A DNA stretch of 64,000 bases from the human T2T-CHM13v2.0 reference genome, Homo sapiens: the NCBI RefSeq assembly GCF_009914755.1, contig NC_060932.1. The stretch is one strand, 5' to 3'. The position numbers were made by a program, and so were the translations under genes. The notes beneath the pieces are model-generated. The model was not told the origin of the DNA. It did not search any database and saw only the letters and a list, made by a program, of their open reading frames with translations. Below are positions 38,561 through 56,790 of the stretch, one piece after another. The first letter of the stretch is position 1; every line of letters starts with the position of its first letter.

Positions 38561-39678
38561 AAAATGTATTTTCTATTTCTTTGCTGACCTTTCCTTTCTT
38601 TCATTGTGAACATATTAAAATTGACCTCTTTGAGCATAGTAATAATGGGTGCATTAAAATCCTTAGACTGATAACACTAGTCTAGTTCATCTCAGAGTTA
38701 TCATTTGTTGTCTTTTCCTTTAACAATAGGCTTCATTTTCCTTGCTTTTCTCATGTGGAGAAATTTTGAATTGTATCTGGATCTTGTGAATGTTGTTTTT
38801 CATTTTGTCTTACTGTTCTGGGTTCTGTCATATTGCTCAGAAGAGTATTCATTTAATTTATTCAGGAAATTAATTTGGATAGACTTATATGGCAAATTTT
38901 CTCATGCCAGCAATGGGTGGTTCAGATCTAAGATGAGACTGCTCTTCTTTTTTTAAAAAAGTATTGTACATATTTAACATGATGTTATAAGATACATATA
39001 TACAGTAAGATCGTTACTATAGTGGAATGTATTAACATATATCAGGTTTCTTTTAGGCTGATTCACACATGCATGATTCAAGGGCCAGGCAGAGGCTTGG
39101 GCAGAATTTATATACAGACTGGTATTCATCTAGAGTGTCCTTTACAGGAGTCCCTCCTCATTCTTTGATCATCCTGGTTGCCCCAGGCTCCCCATCTGGT
39201 TTCTCCAGCCTGAAATATGCAGGTTTTTCTATTGGGGCTTTAGTTGTCTATCACTGTCACCGTGACTGTGACTGCCCTCACAAAAAGCCAGAAACATGAG
39301 TAACTTCTGGTTAGTTTTTCTGATTTATCTATTTCATCCAAGGTGATAAATTTGTTGGCATAAATGTATTCATATTGTATTCTGGTGATTTTTTAATGTC
39401 TGTAGGATCTGTAGTGATGTTTCTTTTTTTGTTCTTGATATTATTTAAGGCTTCTCCCTGTCAAGCAGTATCACTAAGGGGTTATCAATTATTTTAGCCT
39501 TTTAAGAAACCAATTATTAGCTATTTATGTCTACTGTATGGTTTATCTGTTTCATTAATATCTGCTCTTTCACTGTTAGCTTCCTTGTGTTTTCTTTGGG
39601 TTTAATTTGCTGTTTCTTCTTCAGCTTTTTGAGACGGATACTTTACTCATACATTTTTAAGATCTTCTTTTCTAATAT

Positions 39679-39915
39679 AGCTGATCCTCATTATTTGTGG
39701 TTTCCATATTTTCGAATTCACCAAAATTTATTTGTATCCCCAAATCAATACTTGTTATGCTTTTGTGGTCATTCATAGAACGCACAGAGTGGTGAAAAAT
39801 TTGTCACCCAGGGCAAACATCCCAGCTGAGGTCGAACCAAATGACTGCTTGTTTTAGCTTTCATGCAGAGATGACCAGAGGATGGAGACAGTAGGGGGCA
39901 GTGCAGTATAGGGCA
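39679..39915 (+). mobile_element. Tigger-family DNA transposon fragment (Tigger6-like)
   Basis: 'gatcctcattatttgtgg..aaaatttatttgta..cccagctgaggtcgaac'. Confidence 0.55.
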
Positions 39916-40321
39916 TTGCATTTTTTTTTTAATCCTTTAGTTCAAAATACTTTTAAATTTTCTTTTTTATTTCTTCTGTGATCCATAAGTTATTTAAATA
40001 TATTTATTAATTCCCAAATATATGGGATTAATAAAAAGGTTTTGTTACTGATTTATTTCTTAATTGCACTTTGGACAGAAAGCATACTCTCCATAAAAAA
40101 ATTATTAGAAAGTTGTCTTGTTTTATGGCCAAATGTGTGATTAATTTTTGTAAATGTTACCTGTACATTCAAAACAATATGTTTCTGAAGTTGTTGGATG
40201 TAGTGCTCTACATATGACAGTTAAGTCAAGTTTTAATGTTGTTCAGTTCTTCTGTAGCTGTACTAATATTTTGCATGCCTTGTTTTATTAGTTGCTGAGA
40301 GAGATTTGTTAAAATGTCCAT

Positions 40322-40545
40322 AATGAAAACTTATACAACACCAAAAAGGAACCCCAATATAAACTATGCACTTTAATTAGTGATAATGCCATATTGGCTC
40401 ATTAATTGTAAAAAATGAGCCACATGAATGCAAGACATTAATAATAGTGGTTATTTTGTGTGTGGCATGTGTGTATGGGGGTATAGGGGAACTCTGTATT
40501 TTCTGCTCAATTTTTCTGTAAACCTAAAACTGCTCTTAAAAATTT
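40322..40545 (+). mobile_element. L1MC/L1MD-type 3' end fragment
   Basis: 'aaccccaatataaactatgcactt', 'gggaactctgtattttctgctcaatttttctgtaaacctaaaactgctc'. Confidence 0.75.
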
Positions 40546-40941
40546 ATTGATTTTAATCTTTTAAAATTTTTATTTATTCATTAAAAATTTTTTTTACTAC
40601 ATTGTAACAAAACTGCAAAAAGTCTATTGATTTTTAAAAGTTTCCATATGATTGTGTATTTATTCACTTTTTTCTACAATCCTGTCAAGAATTTCTTTAC
40701 ATATATTTTAGGTTATGTAATTACATGCATAAATAATCAGAATTTTTATATCTTTCTGGTATATCCAGCCTTTTCTCATATGAAATGCCACTTTTTACTT
40801 TTAACAATATTTATCCTGATGACTACTTTGGCATATATTAGTACAGTTATACTGGCTTCCTTTTGATTAGCATTTTTGTGGTGTATTGTTTTTCATCCTT
40901 CCACTTTCAACTTTGAAGTCTCCTTACATATTAGAGCTGTC

Positions 40942-41220
40942 TTTTTTTTTTCTTTGACAGAGTCTTGCTCTGTTGGTAGGTGATCTCAGCTCACTGCAAC
41001 CTCTGCCTCCTGAGTTCAAACAATTCCCCTGCCTCAGCCTCCCGAGTAGCTGGGAACATAGGCATGCGCCACCATGCCTGGGTAATTTTTTTTTTGTATT
41101 TTAGTAGAGATGGGGTTTCACCATGTTGGCCAGGATGGCCTCAATCTCCTGAACTTGTGATCTGCCTGCCTGGGCCTCCTAAAGTGCTGGGATTACAGGT
41201 GTGAGCCACTGCACCCGGCC
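40942..41220 (-). mobile_element. AluS (small internal deletion)
   Basis: Antisense dimer; TSD agagctgtcttt / agatctgtcttt. Confidence 0.92.
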
Positions 41221-41539
41221 AGATCTGTCTTTCATAAGAAGCATATAGTTGTATTATTTTAACATTAAATCTGACATCTTTTATATTTTATAGTCGTCTT
41301 TTGTCCATTTATATTGTATATAATTACAGATATACTGGGGCAAACATCTTATATCATCAGCATCTTATATCTTACTATTTACCCTCTATCCTGTTTCATT
41401 ATATATATGAATGGATATATATATACATATATATAAATTATACCTTTTGGCTTTTTTTAAGTTTATTACTTTAAAAATTTTATTTCTTTCCTCATTATTA
41501 GCTTGGTAGCTATACACCATTTTATTATTATCTTAGGGA

Positions 41540-41835
<296 letters not shown>

Positions 41836-41900
41836 TAATTTATCTCTTCCAAGACGAGGCAGGACATTAACATCTTTAAACCCTTTTTCTCTTCCTTCCC

Positions 41901-41903
<3 letters not shown>

Positions 41904-41932
<29 letters not shown>

Positions 41933-42205
41933 GAGACGGAGTCTCACTCTGTCACCAGGCTGGAGTGTGATCTCGGCTCACTGGAACCTCTGCCTCCCAG
42001 GTTCAAGCGATTCTCCTGCCTCAGCCTCCCAAGTAGCTGGGATTATAGGCGTCCACCACCATGCCTGCCTAATTTTTGCATTTTTAGTAGAGATGGGGTT
42101 GCACCATGTTGGTCAGGCTGGTCTCGAACTCCTGACCTCAAGTGATACACCTGCCTCGGCCTCCCAAAGTGCTGGGATTACAGGTGTGAGCCACTGCACC
42201 AGGCC
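41904..42205 (-). mobile_element. AluS
   Basis: Long poly-T; perfect 16-bp TSD ttccttcccaactttt (41892, 42206). Confidence 0.95.
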
Positions 42206-42530
42206 TTCCTTCCCAACTTTTACATTATTGTTATATATTTTAGTTCTACGTGTAAAATCTCAAAAGGCATTATTATTGCATGGCATACTCAATAATTACT
42301 TAGACTTATCCATATATTTACCCTTTCAATTGTCCTTAGCTTTTTCTTGAAATTCTTCTATCTGCAGTCCTTTTCTTTATAGTAGAACAATGGCTCTTAG
42401 TGTCTTAAAAAAATTCTTAATAAAAATAATTTGGGTTGAAAACTCTTCCAGTTTTTGTTTGTCAGAAAATGTTTTCATTTTTCTCCCATTTTTGACTGCA
42501 TACATGTTCTCTCTAGCTTGGTAGTTATTT

Positions 42531-44329
42531 TCTTTCTTTTTTTAAAAAAATTTATTTTAGGTTTGGGCGTACCTGTGAAAGTTTGTTACATAGATAACTA
42601 CATGTCATGGGGGTTTGTTGTACATATTATTATATCACCCAGGTATTAATCTCAGTATCCAGTAGTTCTCTTTTCTGCTCCTCTCCCTCTTCCCACCCTC
42701 CCCACTCAAGCAGACCCCAGTGTCTGTTGTTTCCTTCTTTGTGTTCATAAGTTCTCATCATTTAGCTCCCACTTATAAGTGAGAACATGCAGTATTTGAT
42801 TTTGTGTTCCTGCCTTAGTGTGCTAAGAATGATAGCCTCTAGCTCCATCAAAACACATGATCTAATTATTTTTTATGGATACATAATATTCCATGGTGTG
42901 TATACACCACATTTTCTTTATCCAGTCTGTCATTGATGAGCATTTAGGTTGATTCCATGTCTTTGATATCATGAAGAGTGCTGCAGTGAACACTTGTGTG
43001 CATGTGTCTTTATGGCAGAATGATTTATATTCTTCTGGGTATATATCCAGTAATGGGATTGCTGTGTCAAATGGTAGTTCTGCTTTTAGCTCTTTGAGGG
43101 CTAAGAGACATACTGATTCCACAATAGTTGATTTAATTTACACTCCCACCAACAGTGTATAAGGGTTCCATTTTCTCTGTAACCTCATCAGCGTCTACTA
43201 TTTTTTGACTTTTTAATAATAGCCGTTCTGACTGGTGTGAGATGGTATTTCACTGTGGTTTTTATTTGCATTTCTCTAATGATCAGTGCTATTGAGCTTT
43301 TTAAATATTCTTCTTGGCCACATGTATGTCTTCTTTTGAGAAGTGTCTGTTCATGTCCTTTGCCCACTTTTTAATAGGGTTGTTTTCTCTTATACATTTG
43401 TTTAAGTTCCTTATAGGTGCTGGATATTAGACCTTTGTCAGATGCATAGTTTGCAAAAATTTTCTCCCATTCTGTAGACTGTCTGTTGATAGTTTCTTTT
43501 GCTGTGCAGAAGTTCTTAAGTTTAATTAGATCCCATTTGTCAAATTTGCTTTTGTTGCCATTGTTTCTGGTGTTTTTGTCATGAAATTTTGCTTATTCCT
43601 AGGTCCAGGATGGGAGTGCCTAGGTTGCCTTCCAGGGTTTTTAACATTTTGGGTTTTACACTGAAGTCTTTAATCCATCTTGAATTGATTTTTGTATATG
43701 GTGTAAGGAAGGGGGTCCAGTTTCAATCTTCTGCATAAGGCTAGCCAGTTATCCCAGTCCCATTTATTTAATAGGTAGTCATTTCTTCATTGCTTGTTTT
43801 TGTCAGCTTTGTCAAAGATTGGATGGCTGTAGATGTGTAGCCTTATTTCTGGACTTTCTATTCTGTTAAATTGGTTTATGTGCCTGTTTTGGTATTAGTA
43901 CCATGCTGTTTTGGTCACTGTAGCCTTGTAGTATAGTTTGAAGTTGGGTAACATGATTCTTCCAGCTTTGTTCTTTTTGCATAGGATTGCCTTGGTTATT
44001 TGGCTTTTCTTTTTTGGTTCCATATAAATTTTAAAATAATATTTTCTAGTTCTGTGAAGAATGTCACTGGTACTTTGATAGGAATAACATTGAATCTGTA
44101 AATTGCCTTTGGACAATATAGCTATTTTAATGATATTGATTCTTCCTATCCATGAGCCTGGGATGCTTTTCCATTTGTTTGTTTGTTCTCTGATTTCTTT
44201 GAGCAATGTTTTATAATTCTCATTGTAGAGATCTTTCACTTCCCTTGTTAGCTGTATTCCTAGTTTTTTTTGTGTGTGTGTGGCAATTGTGAATGGGATT
44301 GCCTTTCTGATTGGGCTGTCGGTTTGGTT
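42531..44329 (-). mobile_element. LINE-1 L1PA15-like, 5' truncated
   Basis: 3'UTR 'gtgttcataagttctcatcatttagctccc'; ORF2 fragments '[23 protein letters not shown]' and 'ELPFDTAIPLL'. Confidence 0.88.
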
Positions 44330-44867
44330 AAAAATACTTTTTTGAGATTTTGAATACATTTTTTTAATCACCAAGTCATTTATATATATATATATATGAC
44401 AGTATGTACAATGTAAGTTATATTTTATTCAGTCTGTAGACAATGCTTAGAGTGCAAATAGATAAAATGATCTCCAATCACACCTTCATATTGTGCCTCT
44501 AAGACACCCAGAAGTCCTCTCTTATTTATTAAAACCCACAACCTGCTGTAGGATAATCTGATTGTGTGATTTTATTAGGGCATGTAATACATTTATGCTA
44601 ATCATACATATGAGGTTAATGAGGGATCGTCAACTATGAGCTATATGAAATGCACTTCTTTTTTTTATACTTTAAGTTGTGAGGTACATGTGCAGAATGT
44701 GCAGTTTTGTTACATAGAGATACACGTGCCATGGTGGTTTGCTGCACCCATCAACCTGTCACCTACGTTAGATATTTCTCCTAATGCTATTCTTCCCCAA
44801 GTCCCCCACCCCCTGACAGGCCCCAGTGTGTGATGTTCTCCTTCCTGTGTCCATGTGTTCTCATTGT

Positions 44868-48697
<3,830 letters not shown>

Positions 48698-48760
48698 TTT
48701 GATGTTAGCTGGTTATTTTGCTTGTTAGTTGATGCAGTTTCTTCCTAGCCTCAATGGTCT

Positions 48761-49776
48761 TTACAATTTGGCATGTTTTTATAGTGGCTGGTACTGGTTT
48801 TTCCTTTCCATGTTTAGTGCTTCCTTCAGGAGCTCTTTTAGGGCAGGCCTGGTGGTGACAAAATCTCTCAGCATTTGCTTGTCTGAAAAGTATTTTATTT
48901 CTCCTTCACTTATGAAGCTTAGTTTGGCTGGATATGAAATTTTGGGTTGAAAATTCTTTTCTTTAAGAATGTTGAGAATTGGCCCCCACTCTCTTCTGGC
49001 TTGTAGAGTTTTTGCCAAGAGATCAGCTGTTAGTCTGATGGACTTCCCTTTATGGGTAACCTGACCTTTCTCTCTGGCTGCCTTTAACATTTTTTCCTTC
49101 ATTTCAACTTTGGTGAATCTGACAATTATACGTCTTGGAGTTGCTCTTCTCGAGGAGTAACTTTGTGGCATTCTCTGTATTTCCTGAATTTGAATGTTGG
49201 CCTGCCTTTCTAGATTGGGGAAGTTCTCCTGGATAATATCCTGCAGAGTGTTTTCCAACTTGGTTCCATTCTCCCTGTCACTTTCAGGTACACCAATCAG
49301 ACGTAGATTTGGTCTTTTCACATAGTACCATATTTCTTGGAGGCTTTGTTCATTTCTTTTTATTATTTTTTCTCTAAACTTCTCTTCTTGCTTCATTTAA
49401 TTCATTTGATCTTCCATCACTGATACCCTTTCTTCCAGTTGATCAAATCAGCTACTGAGGCTTATGCATTCGTCACGTAGTTCTTGTGCCATGGTTTTCA
49501 GCTCCATCAGGTCCTTTAAGCACTTCTCTGCATTGGTTATTCTAGTTAGCCATTTGTCTTATCTTTTTTCAAGGTTTTAACCTCTTTGCCATGGGTTCGA
49601 ACTTCCTTCTTTAGCTCGGAGTAGTTTGATTGTCTGAAGCCTTCTTCTCTCAACTCGTCAAAGTCATTCTCCATCCAGCTTTGTTCCGTTGCTGGTGAGG
49701 AGCTGCATTCCTTTGGAGGCGGAGAGGCGCTCTGATTTTTAGAATTTTCAGTTTTTCTGCTTTGTTTTTTCCCCAT
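48761..49776 (-). pseudogene. L1 ORF1, disrupted by frameshift
   Basis: 'MGKKQSRKTENSKNQSASPPPKE' (49776) and 'KRNEQSLQEIW..ENFPNL..YPAKLSF' lie in different frames. Confidence 0.93.
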
Positions 49777-51084
49777 CTTTGTGGTTTTATCTACCTTTGG
49801 TCTTTGATGATGGTGACGTACAGATGGGATTTTGGTGTGGATGTCCTTTCTGTTTGTTTGTTTTCCTTCTAACAGTCAGGACCCTCAGCTGCACATCTGT
49901 TGGAGTTTGCTGGAGGTCCACTCCAGACCCTGTTTGCCTGGGTATCAGCAGCGGTGGCTGCAGAACAGCGGATATTGGTGAACAGCAAATGTTGCTGCCT
50001 GATCTTTCCTCTGGAAGTTTTGTCTCAGAGGAGTACCCGGCTGTGTGAGGTGTCAGTCTGCCCCTACTGGGGGGTGCCTCCCAGTTAGGCTACTCAGGGG
50101 TCAGGGACCCACTTGAGGAGGCAGTCTGTCCGTTCTCATATCTCAAGCTGCGTGCTGGGAGATCCACTACTCTCTTCAAAGCTGTCAGACAGGGACATTT
50201 AAGTCTGCAGAGGTTTCTGCTGCCTTTTGTTTGGCTATGCCCTGCCCCCAGAAGTGGAGTCTACAGAGGCAGGCAGGCCTTCTTGAGCTGTGGTGGGCTG
50301 TACCCAGTTTGAGCTTCCCAGCCACTTTGTTTACCTACTCAAGCCTCAGCAATGGCGGGCACCCCTCCCCCAGCCTCACTGCCACCTTGCAGTTTGATCT
50401 CAGACTGCTGTGCTAGTAATGAGTGAGGTTCCGTGGGCATAGGACCCTCTGAGCCAGGCACGGGATATAATCTCCTGGTGTGCTGCTTGCTAAGACCACT
50501 GGAAAAGTGCAGTATTAGGGTGGGACTGACCCGATTTTCCAGGTGCCCTCTGTCACCCCTTTCCTTGGCTAGAAAAGGGAATTCCCCAACCCCTTGAACT
50601 TCCCGGGTGAGGTGATGCCTCAGCCTCCTTTGGCTCAGACTTGGTGCACTGCACCCACTCTCCGACAATCCCCAGTGAGATGCACCCAGTACCTCAGTTG
50701 GAAATGCAGAAATCATTCGTCTTCTGCATCACTGACACTGGGAGCTGTAGACTGGAGCTGTTCCTATTCGGCCATCTTGGCTTCACCCCCCTATTTGTGG
50801 TTTTTTGTATATTTTTTTAGGTAGGGTTGTAACATTCTGGGGATTCAATGAGATGACACTACCTTGTAAAACTATAATTATAAAGTTTTATGGAAGACAG
50901 GATGAGATCACAGAATATTTCAGTGGGAAGAAACTTGGAATTCCTTTTAAAAGAAGAATATTGATTTCCAGAGTGTTGGGGTGAGTGCTTGAGGTGGCCT
51001 GACTGAATTAACAGTAATGCTAAAGCAGACACTAAACATCTGATCTTTTGAGAGAATTCTGGTACCTTCACATTACCAGACTTC

Positions 51085-51300
51085 TCTTTAAGCTTCTTCC
51101 GTTATTCATTCAATCAGCAAATGTTTACTAATCATCTAAGAAACTTGCTAAGTGCTGAGGTTATAGCAGGAAACACTACAGACAAAACCTCAGTGCCAGC
51201 AGAAGTCGAATTCTTGTCTGTATGTGTGTGTGGAGAGGTGAAGGAGCGAAAATAAACCAGTAAGCAAAGGTATAACATAATTTCAGCCATCAATAAGTGT
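51085..51300 (-). mobile_element. L2 3' end remnant
   Basis: 'ttattcattcaatcagcaaatgtttact..ctaagtgctgagg'. Confidence 0.55.
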
Positions 51301-51667
51301 TATTCTATCTCCTTTATGAGCTTCTCATTATCATCATTCCTATCCTGCAAGTAGATTTCTAAGCACAAAAAGGTCTCATGTTTGGTTCCAAGGCACATCT
51401 TTTCAAGCAACACAATAGAGGAGGAAGAGAGGTCAAATAAATCTCTAGGGCAGCACGTTTTGTACTATCTGTCAAAACAACCAAAAGATTTGCCATAATT
51501 TAAAAAAACTCTGAAACTTGAACCTACTATAAGAAGTAGGCCTTACTGAATGAGGAGAAGATGTATACTTTTGAAATCAAAGTATCATCTTTGGCTTAAG
51601 GAATGCGTAATTCAACTTTCCTTCACATGAATTACATATTAGTGCTTTGAATAACAAAAATATTATT

Positions 51668-51950
51668 TGAGTTTTATTTTTTATATGATAAAATATATAT
51701 ATAACATAAGATTTACCATTGTAACCATTTTAAGTGTATATTTCAGTGGCATTCAGAACATTTACATTGTTGCACAATCATCACTACCATCTGTCTCCAG
51801 AGCTTTTCATTATCACAAACTGAAACCCTATTCCCATAAAACAATAACTCCCAATTCCCCCATCCTCCTAGCCCCTAGTAACCACCATTTTACTCTCTTT
51901 CTGTATGAATTTGACTACTAAAGGTACCTCAGGTATGTGGAACATACAAT
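51668..51950 (-). mobile_element. L1MB-like 3' end
   Basis: 'aacataagatttaccattgtaaccattttaagtgta', 'gcccctagtaaccaccattttact', 'gaatttgactact'. Confidence 0.8.
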
Positions 51951-51969
51951 GTTTTAAAATATTATTTTA

Positions 51970-52422
<453 letters not shown>

Positions 52423-53675
52423 TAGGAATCAAATGGCAAATTACTAGCACAGGTAACTTTGTTCTGACCATTGTTATTAATTGTGGTTTTTATGCATTTT
52501 GCTTATGAGAATTGTGAGGTGACAAGTGAAGGAAGCAATTTTAGAAAATTTCAAACCAAATAAATCACTAGAGCCTTGCCATGTCATGCAGAGCTTCTGT
52601 TGGCTTAAAGAAGGCAAGTTTTAGAATCCAGAGCTTCTTAATTACTTTTACATTATTGTTATTGATTTCCTTACTGGAGGTATAAGTTTATAAGACCTGT
52701 AAGGTATTATACTGTATAGTTTTGGGGTGATGTTTCCCATGCAAATGAAACATTTTCCTAATGTTCAACATTATTTTTCCCCTGAAACAACACCAAAAAG
52801 ATGGCTTTGATCGATCATAACACATACATTTTATAATGGGGTAAAATCAATTATAGCTGCACCATTTGATTTAAACAAAACCCAGATTGTGGGGATAATG
52901 CTAACAAATGCGTTAGCAGCATCACTTTCATTTTCTGTCCCAGTGCTAATTGAGTAGACAAGACTTTTCTTTTGCAGCAACCAAATACTGATAAAATCCC
53001 TTTTGCTGTTCTGTCACCCATTAAACTGATGACGTTCAGGCCTTGACTTCCTACAAATTTGATCTATATTCAGCAAAGCTACACATTTAAAAATCTTGAC
53101 TTTTAAGATTTTATTAAGTTTTAAATATGTTTTAACTCAAGACCAGAAACACTTAAATTATATATGATTCAAGCATACTTGAAAAGGCTAGGTGAATGAT
53201 TTTCAATGCCTTCAATTCTCTGTCCTCTAAAATTAACTTTGGAAATGCTCCTGTCTGCTTTTAAAGACGGAGTGGTAAGATTTTCTATGTACCATTGCAG
53301 AGCAAAGGCTGAAAAACCAGTAAGATCTGTAACCACGTTACAGTGGGCTTACTGAGTATTTTTCCAAAGTTAAAGGGATGAGGGTTGGGAGACTTAGCTA
53401 GAAAAAGCTGAATAATTAAGAGGAAGAAACTGGCAAAAGGAACCCAGGACCTAATTTAAAAAAATAAGTAGGCTGGGCTTCATTGATATGTTTATAAAGA
53501 GATATATTAACTTAAATTTGGAGTTGAGAAAATAAATATGCCTCTGTGCCACTCATTGGCTCATGCTGCCCTGAATGACCATATATATTTTATTTATGTG
53601 TCTTGTTTCTCTAGAATAGGAGACTTGCTATGCATTGCTAGTTTACAAAATATGTATTGGTGGCTATTAATGTCA

Positions 53676-53712
53676 ATGGTGGTGGTGATGATGATGGTGG
53701 TGGTGGTAGTGA
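53676..53712. repeat. (TGG/TGA)n imperfect trinucleotide repeat
   Basis: Direct reading. Confidence 0.8.
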
Positions 53713-56649
53713 CTACTACCACTGAGAGAGCCAGGAGCAGGGGGAAAGGCAAGACAAAAGGAAGAAAGAAATGCATGAAGGAAAGCCATCAGTGAAACCT
53801 CCTAATAGGGCAGACCCAGCCAATCTTCTCTTCTCTGCTCCCATGGGCCATATCTCTGTTGCACAAACGCTCTTGCCTTTTTTAATTTAGATGGAGGCAA
53901 ATCTCATTTTAATAGCAAAAGCCTTTACTGACAGTGATTTTGATAATGAACAAGAAATGTATCTGCAGATTTTTGAGCTACTGCATGTGTAAAAATTCCT
54001 TGGCATCCAAGTAGTCAAGATAATAGCATTCAGCAAGAAAGCAACCTGTCTCAGTTTTCCAAAAGATTGACTATTTTATATTTTAAAAGATTATTTTTTA
54101 TTCTATGTCCCAGAGAGTGCAAAGCAGTGCCATACATCTTGTGAGGGGAGGAGAAGAAAATTTTATTTCATATCATTGAGCAAATGCATATCAGGAGGAC
54201 CTTTCTGAATCAGGCTTGAGTCAAGTACTAATAAAGGCAGCCCAGTGGAGGGAGGGGACCAGGAGACAGAAGCATCTAACAAAGTGCAAGTTAGTTGCAC
54301 CAGCAGAATCAGTTCTCACCTCTGTGACCCAGGCATCTTATCCGAGACTCCAGAACAGGTTATTTATTGCTCTCTTTACCCAGGGCTGCTGAATGGCTTT
54401 CACCTAAACCACGGAGAACATCCTTTGTGAGTGAATTCAAAATCGCCACTAAGTTTATGTCATAAAAGGGAGTTGTAAGTGAATTTCTGTATACTTAGAT
54501 TAGAACTTCCATCTACTCGTCTAGTACAATGATTACATAATTAACATAATTAACATTCTTGTTCCTATAAGTGCATATTCTGCACAACAGAATGTTTTAG
54601 GGAAAAACAGTGCCTAGCTTTGGTTTTATTTTATACATTCCAAAGGTATAGAGTAAACAGAGAGGAGGAGGGTGATACATGTTCCCTAACTGTATCCTAA
54701 TAGATACAAAACATTAAAAAGTTCCAATGTCTAAAAAATTGCATTATTACAGATTCCTAAGTAAAGCTTAGGAAAGAATTCTATGGTCAAACTACCACAG
54801 TATTGTAGCAGGAACATGTGTTAAAAATCACCTACAAAGTGATTTAATATATCATCTCTGTTTAGAAACTGAGGCATATCATTAGCAAGTAACTCCAGCG
54901 AGCACATCTAAAAAATGAAATACAATAGCTAGTGCTTAGATACTTGGAAAGTCAAGCTGTTTTTCCTGGGTGGGGTTTCCATTTGGCTGAGGGCTGACAT
55001 GAAAGGTGATAGGGGTTTCCTCCTAGCTCCATTCACAGAGCTCCCATTTTATGACAATTATTGCACCATGGTACATTCACTCGTATATAAGCTGAGATGT
55101 CAGAGGGGTTCCTGACCTTGACATATCAGTAGAAATTCCCAAAACACAGCAGGTCAGGTAGTCCTTAAATGTCCAGTCAATGCTATTTAGGCAGGAATCA
55201 CTAACATGATATTTTCCTTGCTGGGAAATTATTGCAAGGCATCTATCATATGCAGTCCTGTGTAGAGTTTGATTAACTATGGCAGTAACTGCAGCCAAGG
55301 CTTTTAGGACAAAATCGAAGATCTGGTAATAAAAGAACGAGATGATGTAGGCAGCATGTTGCTCATATGCATCATAAGGAGAGAGATTTCAATAGCACGG
55401 CACATGCAGCAGCATCTATGCATTCAAAGCCACCTTCTAGTTCAGAATTTGAAAACTGGTGCTGGTTGGGCTCTCTGAAGCACTGAACATTGTGAAGAAT
55501 TTCATGGGTATTTATGGTTAAGAGCAGACGCGGAGCAGGATATTGGCGGTGTGGCAGGCTGCCTCAGCTGCAGCTGTGGGTATATCCCTGCATGCAGAGG
55601 GTACTCAGGCCCCAGCTCCCCCTGCTGCCGCACCAGGCTTGCAGGAGAGTCTGCAGCACCACCTTACATTTCCTCCTTTATCCAGTCACGTGGCATAGCC
55701 CTGCAGTAACTCCAGAGCCCGCTGATTGCTCCCTTCACACGTGTTGCCTCTGCCTAGAATGCATAACCCCCATATCTGATTTCTCCCCCTTTGCTTTCAG
55801 TTTAAATGTCACCTCCTTCCCTGCCATCTCCCTCCGTCATGTAACGTAGGATGGCAGTTACCTTTCTTTATTACTCTATTCTGGTTCCTTCTTGGTTCTC
55901 TTCAGAGCACTTACATGCTATACTTTGCTTATTTGCATGCCATTCAGTCCATTCTCTTCCTTTTTTAAACAGGGATATTAATGGCCAGAGAGTTAGAGAA
56001 AGTGCTCAAGCTTGCTTATTTAAATTAATAGTGGTGCCCTTAACTACGTCTATAACATCTGAAAGTGCAGGGACATCTGAAAGACCATTTGTTTGCAAAT
56101 AAAACGGATGAGTAGTGATAAAGCAAACAGCAAACACATAGTCCAAAGGAAGGAACAAAACATTTTTCCTTAGGCTGCTAGCAGACATCTGTTCTCCCTC
56201 TTCTTCATACACAGCCACTGAATAGGAAGAAGTACATTTACCCCTCTCTCCATCTCCTCTCCACCTCTCCATACCAGGGCTCCATCATTTCTTTCTCTAA
56301 CACTCTGGATAAAATATTGGTTAATAGGATCTGGAGTGGGCATCTGGGAGGGGCATCTGATCTTCAGGGACTTCAGGTCTTGCTTATAAAAGGAGGAGAT
56401 AAAGAAAAGTGGTCCTGCCTGGTCCAGCCCGAACATATTGACAGGCTCCTAGGGCCCAAGTCCTGTGCTGAGTCTTTTGTCCGGTTTCCATTTTCTGTTA
56501 CCCTAACTTGATAAGGGTCAGCTCCCCAGAGGAAACAAGGAAGCAGCCTGATCCAGAAAGTGAGTCAAGGGGGAGTAGATAACCATGCTGAGGAAGTTGT
56601 AATGGTGTTCAGAATGCAGACACAGAAACACAAAGCTTTGCAAACTTGG

Positions 56650-56790
56650 TGTGCTTGAGAATGATACAAGGAGCTTGTTTCAATTCAAATTCCCGGGTTT
56701 CCCTAACCCCTTGAAATTTGGATTCAGTAGGTTTGGGTGGGAGTGTTAGACCTCAGAATCTATATTTTAAAGAGACACCTGATAATATTG
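56650..56790. mobile_element. MER5-like fragment
   Basis: 'caaattcccgggtttccc..gattcagtaggtttgggtggg..gaatctatattttaa'. Confidence 0.55.
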
